64,000 nucleotides of DNA from NCBI GenBank assembly GCA_051294375.1, contig CM119269.1:21794434-21858433 (forward strand), given 5' to 3'. The DNA is from Paraspadella gotoi (lineage: Eukaryota; Animalia; Chaetognatha). The notes below the pieces were generated by a model that saw only the letters and a program-made list of their open reading frames with translations, was not told the DNA's origin and searched no databases. The translations under genes were made by a program, and so were the position numbers. Within the stretch, counting starts at the first letter, position 1, and the number at the start of each line of letters is the position of its first letter. Below are positions 15,433 through 28,559 of the stretch, in pieces.

Positions 15433-16411
15433 CTTAAATGCTTTATGAAATTGGTACGAAACAATGTTATTAATATCAACATCAAAATATACATTTTTTA
15501 AAATTTCGTCATCCACAGAGATGCTCTAACCGTTATCTTATATTCGAACTCTTAGTTTTTACTTGTTCCCCACTACCTGACTATGCATAGCGCGTTAAGG
15601 ACTTGCTTTCCCTCTTGCGGAGACCCTGCAAGCTTTCCAATCTAAGCCTCTCTGCTCTCTCCAGCTCTATCTAAACTAATAAATTATCATAATTATTTAT
15701 CCTTCGAAAATAATTTGATTGTTTTTCCCTATTTTGCTACAAAAAATGGCGAGACAAGTCTTCTTTTTTATTCTCCTTTATTTTATTTTGATTTACTTTT
15801 TAGTCTCGTTGCCATAACGCGTTACAGACTCATGAATGGCTGGCGGGGAGTTTCAGGACGTGGCATGAGACCAACAGAAAAATCCGGCGAGCGAACGAGG
15901 GGATACGATAGAGAGGGAGAGTTGCTTTGCTTGCCATAAAAAAAAAGCGGCTGGCAAGGCCACATCCAGAAACGCGGGCGCGGATCAAACATAAACGAGC
16001 AAAATTGCAATATGCGAAAATTAGATTGATGCGGTTGTCCTCAAAGCGGCATTTAGAAGCGAATATGGCGAGCGGAAATCAGGAGCGAAATCGGGAGGCG
16101 AAAGGAGAGCTAATCCGACCATCGAAAAAATGGCAAACAAAAAAGCAACTTCGTTTTCGTCGATGTTTTCGACCTTGCTCGTCGTAGTTTTCTTCGTCGT
16201 TATCTCGTTTCTCTCGTTTCCGTCGTGGTATTTTCGTTTCGTCGTCTTTCGTGTCGTTTGCGTCCTTCCATCGTCGTTGTTTTCGTCGTCGTTTTCGTCG
16301 TCGTTTTCGTGTCGTCGCGGGTTTAGTCGCTTTTAATTCGGTTTAAAATGAAGCTTTTAGTTGCTATGGTAACAAATATTATAACCTGATAAAATTAATC
16401 CTTAATCTCCA

Positions 16412-16872
16412 TGTATTGGCGTTCTGCGCGAAAGTGTGCGGCAAAACGACCGGGCGTCGCCCGTAGGGGCAGGACGGACTCAACTTCCGGACGGCAGAGA
16501 TTTCGACTCGAGTCCCAAGTCTTCCTGGATTTCGCGACGGAACGTCGCGACGACGACGCAACGATTAATACTGAACAAGAAAGCATAATATCTGGGTTAT
16601 TTTTAACGTTTGAAATTTATGAAAGTCAAGAGCAGTTGCCTCGATTAAGCCCGACGTCGAACGTTTTTCACGTTGATTTTAAGGTGTTGCTTTATAAAGT
16701 GTTTTATTCTGTTATTTAACTTCATTGGTTTGTTTTGATAAACAACTTTAACTATTCGCGATTGCATCAATATCAATCACATTTTAAAACATCGTTGGAT
16801 TTCGGTCGTGTCTAATGAAAAGTCAGCAAAATAAACAATTTTATATTATTATTAAACGAGGCAGCTCAAACA
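16412..16872 (+). repeat. 5' LTR of the BEL/Pao derivative
   Basis: TG...CA termini, AATAAA at ~16830, aligns by eye with 20774-21273. Confidence 0.85.
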
Positions 16873-17239
16873 GTGAAACGAAGCGCATTGTCCAGTGAAA
16901 CATGCGTTATAATGGATTAAACGAAAAGCACCGGCTGGAATCAAAACAATGCGCACGTTAAAATGATTCGCCCCTGCGCTTCGCCGATGTGAAGACTGAA
17001 ACGAAAACGTCGCTTCAAAAATTTTGTGCGCGACGGCTTTTCTGATGCCAGGAGCTACAAGAACCCCGTCGCCTCGCCTTCGACGGCCCAAAAGGCAATA
17101 AACAACATATCGAAATCAGCTTGGCAACGACGGCCAAAGGCGCGGGTCTTATTCTCACTTCTTTCTCATCGGCGACCCTTAGTGCGCGACGGGACTTTAC
17201 AGATACTGGATGATACCGAGGAGCGTCGAGGCGTGCTCC

Positions 17240-19520
17240 CAATCCTCAGATTTGACGGCTGTCATGTCGTCGTGGATGTTGACATAACTTGAAGAGTAGT
17301 CTTATTTTGAAATAGACTGAGAGATTGCCTAATGAGTATGACTGCGTGGATGTTTTCTCTTCTCTTATCCTTTGTACTCCTGATGCAGTAACGGCCAGGT
17401 GAAGTTCACCAATCCTGACAAGAAGTTTTTGAAGTGCCGCTGCAGATGGGAAGATGCTTTGAATGAGAAGGATGTGGATCAAGCCCGTCTGCTCTGGAGT
17501 GGTTCAATGGCTCTGACGGAGCTCAGGTCAAGCTACGTTCTTGAGGAGGTTATACGTGGTAAAAATGAGAAGCCAGATTGGATAGAGAATTGATTGTTAA
17601 ATTTAAGAGAAAGAGAGCTAAGAACAGGTGGCTGCAATTAGGCAAAGGCGAATTGGTCATGAAATTAGAGAAGATGTGTGACTTATTGATAGGACGCACA
17701 GATGGAGACGAAAAAGAAATAGCTGAATGTAAAAGCTAATTGATTGAGCTTGAACCGATAAAGTTAATGAATTTCCTCTCTTTGCAGAACCTCAAACTGT
17801 AGATGTTGGTCGCAGAATTGCAGTCAATAGAACTTCTGTCTGTGGCAACCAAGAGGCAGGATGCGGGTCTTATTCGCAAATCTGTGACCCGTCTGCTTCA
17901 GTGGAATGGGATGCTGGCGCTGGCACCTTTCTGCTGAAGTGGGATCACAACACGAATGAATGGATTATGGAAATCACTACAGGTCAGGTTAGCTTCAGTG
18001 AATCCTTTGGCTGGGTTTGGCTCCGCAAGGCAACCTATTGATCCCTTTCTTTGGTTTCAGTGAATGCAGCACTGTGGCCTGTGGAGCAGTTCAACCCGCG
18101 GGTTCACCCAACAAGTATCATGATCTTACCAAGACTATGCCTTGCTGGTCATTGGTTGGCTGGCAGCACTCTCAAAGAAGCGTTCCTACTCAGGCTAACA
18201 AGTATGGCCAGGTATTCCGCAGGATGTGAGCCATTTTGAGAAGTTTTCTTTACAGTGTTGAGAGTGGTTCCTGGCTGTCAGGTCATGATAAATTTTTTGA
18301 ATTGTTGGAATGGCAAGGGTGCTGCAATTGGCCATCCAGTGCAACTTTCAAGATGACACTGATGGTGATCAGGCTCTGGAGCTTGGCGAAGGCAAGATTA
18401 ATGAACATTGGGGATACCAAAGTGCACTGCCCACTAGATTAACTTGGAAGAGCTTGCTCGAAGTAGGGTGAGCTTAAAAGCTTCAGACATTGATGTCTAC
18501 AGCGAATTTTGTTGGATCTTCAAAGGGATGGCAAAGATGCTGAAATCAATTGTGATTTCAAGGAGTTCGGACTCCATAGATTCCTGAGAGGCTCATTGAA
18601 AGGCGTGTACCCTATATCATAGAGAGACTTGAAAAGTATATCATAGTTGACGTGCGACAAAATAGACGGCTGGTGTGTGTTTTTGTTTCTTTTTTAAGGA
18701 CATCGTCTATGCAGACGAATCACCTTTTCAGCAGATTCTACAGCAGCCTCCATGACGGGGACTGACTTCTTGCTGCTGAAGTTTACGCTCCATCCGAGGC
18801 AACTTGATGAGAAGCTCGAGGATCGCCGACTGCAGTATCTGAAGGATCCCAGGAGCTTTTGCGCGGAGAGCTTGAGCAGGATGAGGTCAGTCAGAAATGG
18901 AGCAGGAGTCTCGGAGATGTAGTGTCATCGTCTCCCTGACTGCTAATCAATTGCCAAATTGCTTGCAGAAGAGAGATCGCGCTGTCCAGAGCATGTTATC
19001 ATGTAATCATTGCATATTGAATTGCCCTTTGTGTTATATCTAATCTGGCCTGACCGAGTCCTTAGTCTGCAATCACAGAACTGTTAGGTGTTTGCGGCAG
19101 GGCATATGCAACGAGACTGTTGGGCAGAAATGTATGTTAGAAGACCTGTAATTCAGACCCAACACCCACACTTTTACTCCATCATGATAGGTGCCTGCTA
19201 GTGGGTGATGCCGGCGGGAGTACAACCCATTCCTGACCAGTTTTGCTCTGCCTTGTCCCCTGGATGGGAAAGCCGACTTCGTTTGCCAACCCGTGGTTAG
19301 GCGGGGATCTGGTGACCCCACCCTTCTGGAAGAGATGCGCGAAAATTGCTGTACAAGAAAAGAATTGACACCAAGGTACTTAGCAGTTACTAGTGCTGAT
19401 TCCTCAGTTCTCGTTCGATGGGTTTTGGTATGGGTGTTCTGCTACTCGATGCCTGGCCCACTGGTCGGATTATCTGTCTAATGTAGGGGATTTTCATGGC
19501 AGCATGGCCTGAAGTATCTT
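17240..19520 (+). pseudogene. gag: Frameshifted BEL gag (three CCHC knuckles ~18950-19185) joined to the extreme C-terminus of integrase
   Basis: CLRQGHMQRDC (~19089-19120, one indel), H-TLLH-like (~19160-19185), FWKR (19324-19335), WPTGRI (19454-19471). 18370-18650 resembles the reverse complement of 4130-4395 (e.g. ctctggagcttg-cgaag-caagatt...gaacattggg). Confidence 0.75.
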
Positions 19521-20773
19521 GAAATGAAGTGAAGTCAGGAAGGAGGCTGCAAGCTTAATGGAAGATTCAGTGCCCAGACGACCAGAAGGAACCACAATCA
19601 AAACTTAAGAATTGACAGAAGGCTGACCAACGAATGACATAAGAAAATGACGGACTGACGACAAACATTTACAGTCAGAAAAAGCACTTGTAAGAATTGT
19701 TGAAAACTTGACTCTGAAAGATAAAACAAACGACATGTAGAATTTTGTGAGTCGGCAAGAGAACCTCCGCTGAGTCAACAGCAAGAGGGGGCGAGGCTTC
19801 ATCCATGAGGTTGCGTGACGGCGCGGAGTTTTGTTCTTCGCTCCCCTTCGGAAAAATTCTTTAGTCGGAGGCGCCGCCGTGTTGCCGCGTAACGTTTTAA
19901 GCGTTTTATGTTTACTTGATGAGATAATTTTCTATAGGTTATTCGTTTTATTAGTGCTTGTTTTTCTTGAGTTTGAATAAATTTCATACAGGAATCTTGA
20001 AAAAAAAAATTATTCTAATATTAATTTAGAACGAAATATTAAATTTTTACTTTGATCTGAAATAATTTTTTTATAAACAAGTGACAACCGAACGACTCCA
20101 GCGAACCCTCGCACGAAATTTTACTGATTTTTAGGCATTCAAATTCTCGACTTTGAATGGCGATGGAAGAAATCTTTTTCTTTATTTGACATTTAATTTT
20201 AGCTGTGGATGACGAAAGTTCCTATACTGTTCTTAACGGAGGAGAAAATTTTGTTTTAAGGGATCTTATTTAGAATTGCATGCCTTTCTTAATTTCAATG
20301 TAATTCATTTTAGACGTTCAATTTACCACGTTTAAATTGCCATTTTACCCCATAGGGTGCAAGCTAAGCTTTTTTCTGTATACTTATCTATCATATTTTT
20401 TTAGAGAAAAGTCCGGACTAATTGAGCCAGTTTTTTTGTTTATTTTTATTTTTGCATGCAGATTATTGCGTGGAAGACAAGGAAAGATACCGACAGTGCT
20501 GTGAAATGAATCCTTTTATTTGAATATGAAAAAAAATAAAATAACAATGTATATTCAGGTGACGAGGTACTCACTTTTTATGATTGAAATGTTAGTCCTT
20601 TTCTCAAATTAGTCTATAAACTTCATTTGAAATTGAATTAATCATTTTTTATCAGGTTGAGATATTTTGAGCTTTCGATTATTCTCTTTCTAAGGCAGGG
20701 TCTGACGATAATGGTCAGTGGACCCGAGGAGCTTCCCTACGGCACGCCCTGATTCGAAGGCTCGATATGAGGG

Positions 20774-21273
20774 TGTATTGGCGTCTCGCCAGTGCGCAAG
20801 CTTAGGGCGTTCGCCGTAGGTGCAGGACGGCTCAACGTTCAGACGCAGAGATTTGACATCCGCACAGTCACCAAGTTTCCTGGTATTCGCGACGTACGTC
20901 GCAGAGACGACGAGACACGATTAATAGTGAAGAAGAAAGCAAATAATCTGGGTTATTTTTTAACGTTTGAAATTTGTAAGAAAAGTCATGAGCAGTTGCC
21001 TCGTTAAGCCGCGACGTCGAACGTTTTCACGTTGATTTTTAACTGGTGCTTTGCTTTTAAGTGTCTTTTATCGTTTTATACTTCATTGTGTTGTTTTGAA
21101 CAATATGACTATCGCCTTCCCGTTTGCATCATCCTCTCCACCACAACCCATCTCTCTACCCACCCCACTCGCCTCGCCGATCTCCCCTCCCCGTCTCGCT
21201 ATCCCTATAGAGAAAGTTTCGCAAAATATAAACAAATATATCGATATTCATCTAAACGAGGCAGCGTCAAACA
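20774..21273 (+). repeat. 3' LTR of the BEL/Pao derivative
   Basis: Same start and end as the 5' LTR, preceded by a short purine run (gaggg); middle part noisy. Confidence 0.85.
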
Positions 21274-24200
21274 TCCATTTTACAACAAAGAAATCAAAAT
21301 CACTCACATTTCAATAGTTTTGCCGTTAACAGTAGAATATTACTTCTTTATTACTTTCCTCCTATAATTATTCATAAATTATACTTTATATTTAAGATAA
21401 AGAAGTTTGACAACAAAATAACAGTTAAGAATAATATGCCTCAACAGAAAATGAAAATGGATAAGTCGTTCGATTATATTTTACAACCCTTAACATAGAT
21501 TTTTATCGCCTCCATAAGAAAATCATCTTTTTTTCTTTTTACTGTTCTCTTCCTTTTTTTCTTCTCCTCTGCCTTTCTTTTTCTACTTTTCTTTTTTCAC
21601 CTTGTTCTTCTCCTTTCCTTCCTTTTCATCTCTCTTTTTCCTTTCTTTCTTGTCTTTTCCATTTCTCTGGCTTCTATGATCAGTTTTCTACTTTTCTCGT
21701 TTCTTACGTTTGATCTTTAATTTTCTACCTTTCTTTCATTTTCTTTTTCGATCATTGCTTTTCTTTATTTTCCTCCTTTTTCTCTCTGTTTCCTTCTTTC
21801 ATTCTTCGTTCGCGTCTCCTCACTTTCTATACTTCTCCTTTTTATCGTCTTCGGTTTAACTGCGTCTTCTCTTACATTAGTAAATGAAGATCAATATTTA
21901 AGGTCAGAGAATTCGTCGAGTCGGTCTGCGGGCCATGCGGCCTCTAGCCTAGCCACACGACACGCGGCCGGCTCAGTCGTTGTGGATGGGGGGAGAGCCC
22001 GACGGTCTGGGAAAGCGAGTTCAAGTTGAAAAGGTGACAGAGTGGCGTCCGCTGTGTTGATGTGGATTCGAGTCTGATAGTGCTTGATCGCCCGTTCTGT
22101 GCTTGTGTTTTTGTGCGTGGGACTGGGTTAGATATTAGAGCATAAGAGGAGAGAATGAAGAGGAGAGAGGAGCGAGAGGCAGGAGAGGCAGAGACTGAGA
22201 GGACTAAAGAAAAGGGACGTTATCGTTGAAGCGAAGTAGTAAAACATTTCTTATGGCCGCTCCACCCCGGGGCAGAAAGAGAAGAGAGACGAGAGAGAGA
22301 GAGAGAGCAGAACGAGTTATCCCGGAGAGACGATGAGAGAAGACAGAAGTAACGAAATAGAGATTATCGAGCCGAGAGATGATTGAAGAGACCTCTCTTT
22401 TGTCTCTAATGCGTAAAGGGATGAAAACGGATTTTGGATACGTGATCCGGAGAACAACTTTCACTATTCTCAACTTTGTTATGGATAAATGAAACCAGAG
22501 AATGAACACAAGAAAGGACATGGTATTTGTATCCTATGATACTATAATGATGGATTTGAAACCTTTCACTCGTCTTGCTTATATTCCGTCCAAAGCATTA
22601 ATGCAAGACGCCTAAGTATTGATAAATATTAATTTTTTTATCGGAATATTTTTTAAAACAAATCTGCTCAGTATAATGGGTCTCGGGTAATGTTGTCGTC
22701 AACAAATCGATTGGAAATTCCGAAGTGTATTATATTAGTTTTCCAATTGTAATTTAGCTGTCTAGACATTTAAATAAGCAATTAACTTAGTGTAACAATT
22801 TAATTTACTCATTAACACTTAAAGTGATTATTTTTTTACATGAGTCGAAATAAAAAAACGAGCAAAATAACAAGAAAAAAAATAGGGATGTTCGGTGGAC
22901 TCCGTGAGGAGGCTTTTATGTGGTGAGTTTGCGCCATCATAAACGCGGTGGAGGTCACCGGGGTAACTGCAACCCGTGGGGAGTCAATTTGCCATGTGAA
23001 CAGACGGCAAATGTTCACGGGGGACCCAGAGAGGAGAGAGAGGAGGCAAGAGAGGCGAGGGCAGAGGGGTGAAAAAGGGAGGGATGGAAGAGGAAATAGA
23101 AAAAGTGCAAATCACAGTGCAGAAGAAAAAAGATGAAATGTAGAAGAGGCGATTAGAGAGGAAACCATTAAAGAAAGGAGAAAAAACAAAAAGGAAAAAA
23201 AAAAATGAAAGAAGTTGAAAAGTAAATTATAAAAATCAAATATGAAGACGAAACATACCTAGCAAAATTCANNNNNNNNNNNNNNNNNNNNNNNNNCTTA
23301 TCGTATTACTATAAATCATGAATTTTCTTTTTTAAATAAGAATTTTTAAAAACGGATTCGGTAGAGCTTGAAAAAATAAATAACAAATATTACTACAAGA
23401 TTTCCTAATTTTTATGTTTTATTGGTTAAAATTAGAAGAAACTATAAAAATTATGGTACGATGAGTTTTTTATTATTTGACCCACTTATCATCGAATTAT
23501 TGAAAAACGCATTATACTTTGTTTAGACAATTTTTTATGGGCTATCTGAATCCATTCTTAAAAACTAATTTTTTTATAAAAAAATGTTTCAATGTCTATG
23601 CATTGATAAATATTTAAATGCTTCAATGTTATACTTTGCTTCACTCGTTAAAAAGGTGATAAAAAATATTGATTAAGTATATGATAGACAAATAAATTTT
23701 ATATTACAGAACTCTTAATAATAAAAAGTGGTCAATTTTGGCCCGCCTTAATAGTCAGGGGCAAGATAGCATATTTATTAAATGAACGAATAATTTTATA
23801 TTAGTTGTATCAATTTCATATAAATTTCATCAAACAAGTTTTAATCTAACGTTAGTACATGATGATATCTAAAAATGTATAGTAAAACTCATTGTCAAAC
23901 CTCATTCATTGATATTTATACCATGATAGGAAAAAAAATTGTCGCGGTTTGGAAAAGTCGGTTAATTTCATTGTCAAATACATTTTTTGGTCGGTAAATA
24001 GGTTTTAATAAGTAATATGACCTCCCTAGGACTCAATAAAAAGATTATTTTTCAACAGCATAAAATTATTTAATGCATTCAAATACTTCCAAAAGAGGTT
24101 GTCTCCAACTGTTTTCACCTTTTTTTGATCAAGAGGACTACACATAATATTACTAATATTATATCTCTGACAATTTTTTTTATTACATTTAGGATAAAAA

Positions 24201-26211
24201 GTGGTCCTTAGCAAGCAGTGAAAAAGATTGGTCCCCTATAAAGTAAACCAGGCTTGAGTTGTTGTTGCATAATGTGATGATGCATTGTCTCTCATTTCAA
24301 CAAAATCTTCTTTTTTTTCTTTTTTTTTGTACTTGTTTGATATTTGGTTCAGATAATAGATCCAGAGGTAAATAAAATGATAACTTTGCTCATAGAAAGG
24401 TTACCGCGGAGCATTATACTTTATTATACTTTACATTTTACAATATAAAAAGAATATTCTGGAGCATTTACAGTATTAATGTATTTTTAATGCCGCTATT
24501 TTTTTGACATATGAATTAAGATTCATCCCTGAATCTATCTTAATGGAGATGATGCATAAACCATTTGACATGAGACTTGAAGAAAAGAGGCAGGGATTTT
24601 TAATAGTATTGGTTTAACTCAAAAAAGTAATAAAAAAGAACTGGAAATTAGTAATAAATGAATGTTGTAGGATATGAAAAATATCAAAAAGAAGGAAGCA
24701 TTTTTTTGGACAACTCATTTTCTTTTGCATGGAACTCTTGTATTTTTTGTCGTACATAAATGAGACACAGCTCATATGAATCACAAAAGGCCAATGTTTT
24801 TCGATATGTAAGTTTTATTTTTTGATTCTTCACATTAAAATGCCGAAAAATAGCTGGAAAGTAACTCCGCGACAATCATGGTACTTTTCTTTCTCGAGTT
24901 ATGGTTTTCCAAAAAATAAAAATGGCCGCCGCCCACAAAAAAAACGCAAAATGACGAGAAGGACACAAAATATTCATGGCTGAAGAGAAAGAGACAAAAA
25001 TATCGAAAGACGCATTAACTTCTTTATTTCTTTTTTCTTCTTTTCTCTTCTATTTCTTTTTTATAAACATTTTTTATTTATCGCTTTCTTTCTTTTTTTT
25101 CTTTGATGTAACAACGTGTGAAAGAAAGAAAAAAGGATCAAGAAGACAAGAACCACTTTTGAAAATTGGAGAAAAAAAAGTGGAAAAAGATGAGAAACGA
25201 GAAAAAGGTTTATTGTCTCCCATCAGTCTCGGCTTAGAGAAAAAAAATTAATAGTTTCTAAAAGTTTAAAAAACATTAACGTAACGTATTCACGTATAAA
25301 AAGTTTTTTTTTTCCGGAGTGATATCTGCTGTGATCTTCGAAATTTAATAAGTTTTAAACTATTCTACTACGTTAATGTTAGTAATAAAAAAATAGACGG
25401 ACTGACCGACCGGAAAAAAAATTCGTCTAGAATTTCGTCGCCGCCGAAAGAAAAAAAAATGGGTAAAAATATGGGAGAAATAAATATTCATTTGGTTTCC
25501 CTATCACTTGTCGGTCGAGACGCGAAAAAATCGGGCCGGGCGATGTCACTGCCTTTTTTTCAAATTATCCGATGACAACAACAACGACGACGACGACAAC
25601 AACAATGAAATCGGAAATCATAAAATATTTCCTCCTTTTTTTGGAGGAAGGAAAAAAGTTGTCTAGCTATCTCTGCCTAGATAGCATAGGCTATGTTTAT
25701 CTGTTATACTTATTTATATATAATATTAATATTAATATTAATATTCATAATTCAATCTACTTATTTACTTACATATTTATGTTAAATATTATTTATCTGT
25801 TAGTCTGTGTAAAACTACTCTTAATTTATTTATTTCAAATTATTTAAAAGTTTTTTAATAAATTTACACAATTGTTCATAAGTTTATCTATATTTGTCTA
25901 ATAGTCAATTTACTTATGTATCTAAATATATTTCTATCCAACAGTCAATTCATCTGTCTATTTACCTTTCCATCCATTAATCCCTCTGTTTATCTACATT
26001 ATCTTTTTATTCCTATCAATCGCGATGCCACTTACATCGACGCCGCTTTTTTCCTTAAATCGGCGCCTCTCACTTTCGACGCCGCCTTTTTGGCGCCGCT
26101 GCTCTCTGCCGCTCACTTCCGCTCACTTCGTCTCTCGTTCGTCACCGAAATTTGACGCAAATGCGAAGCGACCATCTGGTGCGACATGAAATTGTGAGAA
26201 AATACAAGAGT

Positions 26212-26322
<111 letters not shown>

Positions 26323-26819
26323 AAACTCAGAAGATATTTAGAGCACAAAATATTTTGGGAAGAAAAGTCAATAAAAAATATTTTCTCTCGTTTTTATCTC
26401 ATTTTTTTCTTCTTTTTTTTCTTTTTCTTAGATATTTCTTTTCTTTCTATTTTAGGCTTAAAAAAATTGAGTTCGGGATTCGAACGCACAGACTTTTGTA
26501 GAGGGCGAATTTATCGTCACTCGTTTATCAAAATGACATCAATCGATATTTAAATGAAGAAAAATTAAAAACTTCAACCAAATTATTTTGATTCTTTGGT
26601 TCGTCATATTTTCTGGTCGCCGTTTCTGTCCTTGTTTTATTTTCCTCTTTATTTTCTTTTCGTCGTCCTCTCATTTTCGTCTTTGTTTTATTTTCGTCTT
26701 TGTTTTATTTTCGTCCTCGTTTCGTTTTCCTTGTTTTGTTATGAAAGTCGATGGCGGGAAAAGAATTCCTCGGGGAAAATAAATCTCCGCCAGAAAATGA
26801 CGCAAACATCAGAAATTAA

Positions 26820-26940
26820 ACAACGCCAACCGACGCCAACGCCAAAAAAACAACGTCACTCGAACGCCAACGCCAAGCAAACGACGCCACTCGAACGCCA
26901 ACGCCAAGCAAAACACGCCATTCGCCACGCCAAGCAAACA
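26820..26940 (+). repeat. Short minisatellite (CGCCAACGCCAAGCAAAAC...CACTCGAA); inverted copy ~32995-33115
   Basis: Repeated gccaacgccaa motifs. Confidence 0.8.
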
Positions 26941-26986
26941 AGTTGGCATCGTCGCCGCCAAAATTGAAGAAGATGAATGCGGAATA

Positions 26987-27030
<44 letters not shown>

Positions 27031-27114
27031 AGACAACATCGGCCATGAGGCGGAAGATCCAATGCATAAATCCGTCGTTGACCTGAGGCAGAAAAAAAAT
27101 GGGTGAAAATAGGA

Positions 27115-27217
<103 letters not shown>

Positions 27218-27844
27218 TTAGAGAGCTGGACGAAGCGAGTAATTATTATTTCATGAAAATCAATCGCAAATTTTTTTGATATTTACGTAGTAAATGAGTA
27301 TGTCATGTCATATGTAAATAGTATGTCATGTAATGTCATCTCACTTTTATTTAAAAATGATGACGTCCTTTTCGTTTCTAGAAGATATAAGATGAAATAT
27401 AAAAATCCGGCTCGGTCCATAGAATATGGCATCGTCGTTCTCTTTTTCTTTTTTATATTATGATTGTGTGACCGGTGTCACCGTGTCACGGAGACGTGTC
27501 ACCGAGCCGTGGCGCTTAATACGGCGTCAAGTGTGACATCGACATTGAATTTAATTAGTTTAGTTATTATTTAATTATTATTTTAATTACTAAACGAATT
27601 TAAACGTCAACGACATAGAAATCTGTAGAGAAACGGAAATCTTGTAGCGGTAGTATTCATACCCCGCTTCACGAGTCCGAGAATCAGCTCACAGCTACAA
27701 GCCTCCATACAACAGCTACACCATACCAAAGCACTCGGTGGAATTCGCGCGCCCGCGGCTGGCTTCCACCACAAGAAAAGCGGGACGGGGCGTCACCCGA
27801 CCCTGAGTCACCCCTCATCCTGTAGTGGTCGGACTCAGGCGCAA

Positions 27845-28105
27845 GGCGATGCCGATTTCACGGATTACTGTGGGGATAAGGCGGAGTCGTGGCAGTGGGC
27901 TGAAGATGAACTATCCGAAACTTCTATAACAGGTCCCTCTAACACATGGAGGGTCCTGGGCTTGGAAGCTAGCTGAGGGTTTCTCCCACGGCCCCAAGGC
28001 GGCTTACCGGCCGTCCCTCACACTTCCCGCAGGTAGGGTACGGGTTGGGATTGAACCAGGTACCTATGGTCATGAGCTGATGGCTTTACTCAATGGGCCA
28101 CCGGT
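27845..28105 (-). mobile_element. Probable tRNA-derived SINE, present only in the left arm of the inverted repeat
   Basis: Minus strand reads GGTGGCCCATTGAGTAAAGC...GGTTCAATCCC (A/B-box-like, 28047-28102). The corresponding region 32060-32200 is ~270 bp shorter. Confidence 0.55.
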
Positions 28106-28559
28106 CACGACTGAGGTGTCATGCTTAGAGGCGGGGGTCGAACTTTGCAATGCCCGGCTACAGGTAAAGCTGCATCTCTTCCACAATTCATCTTATAAAT
28201 ATAACATATTATTGTCACTTCTTTTTTCCTTCTCTCTCTATCTCTATCCCTCTTTCTCAGTCTCTCTCTCATTCTCGCACTCTCCCCCTCTCACTCTCTC
28301 CCCCTTTAAATATATCTCTGTCCGCTTCCTCTCTCTATCCCTCCCACTCCCTCTCTCTCTCTTTCACCTCTCTCCCTCCCCCTCTAGCCCACAGCGACGC
28401 TGCCCGGTGCTGCCATCTCTTTATTCTCGCTCGCAAATCTGTCGCCGCCATTTTGTTTGTTTACTCTAAGCATAAAAGGAAGAGAAAAGGCGAAAAACAA
28501 AAAAAATGTCGGTCGAAGCTTAAAAGAGTTTTAAAAAAGGGCGGGATTTTTTTTTAAAA

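Larger units (their letters stand above)
16412..21273 (+). mobile_element. Non-autonomous BEL/Pao LTR retroelement (LTR-gag-integrase tail-long 3' region-LTR) with target-site duplication
   Basis: Direct repeats start TGTATTGGCG (16412, 20774) and end AAACGAGGCAGC(G)TCAAACA (16872, 21273). TCCA flanks both sides (16408-16411, 21274-21277). Empty site taatctcc(a)tttacaac at ~14598-14614 (reverse complement) and ~37367-37382. Internal BEL gag knuckles plus FWKR and WPTGRI motifs. Confidence 0.88.

Noticed and set aside
20203-20217. 15-bp reverse-complement match to the fold-back spacer (~15503-15517)
   Set aside because: A few matches of this length are expected by chance in a 64-kb self-comparison.
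24040-24830. Exon-like blocks with AG/GT boundaries
   Set aside because: Stops in the frames I tried and no recognisable protein motif.
27895-27940. Second hammerhead (CTGAAGA...GAAAC...GTC)
   Set aside because: The core words are present, but stems I-III are only 1-3 bp in a noisy region; not supportable without other copies.
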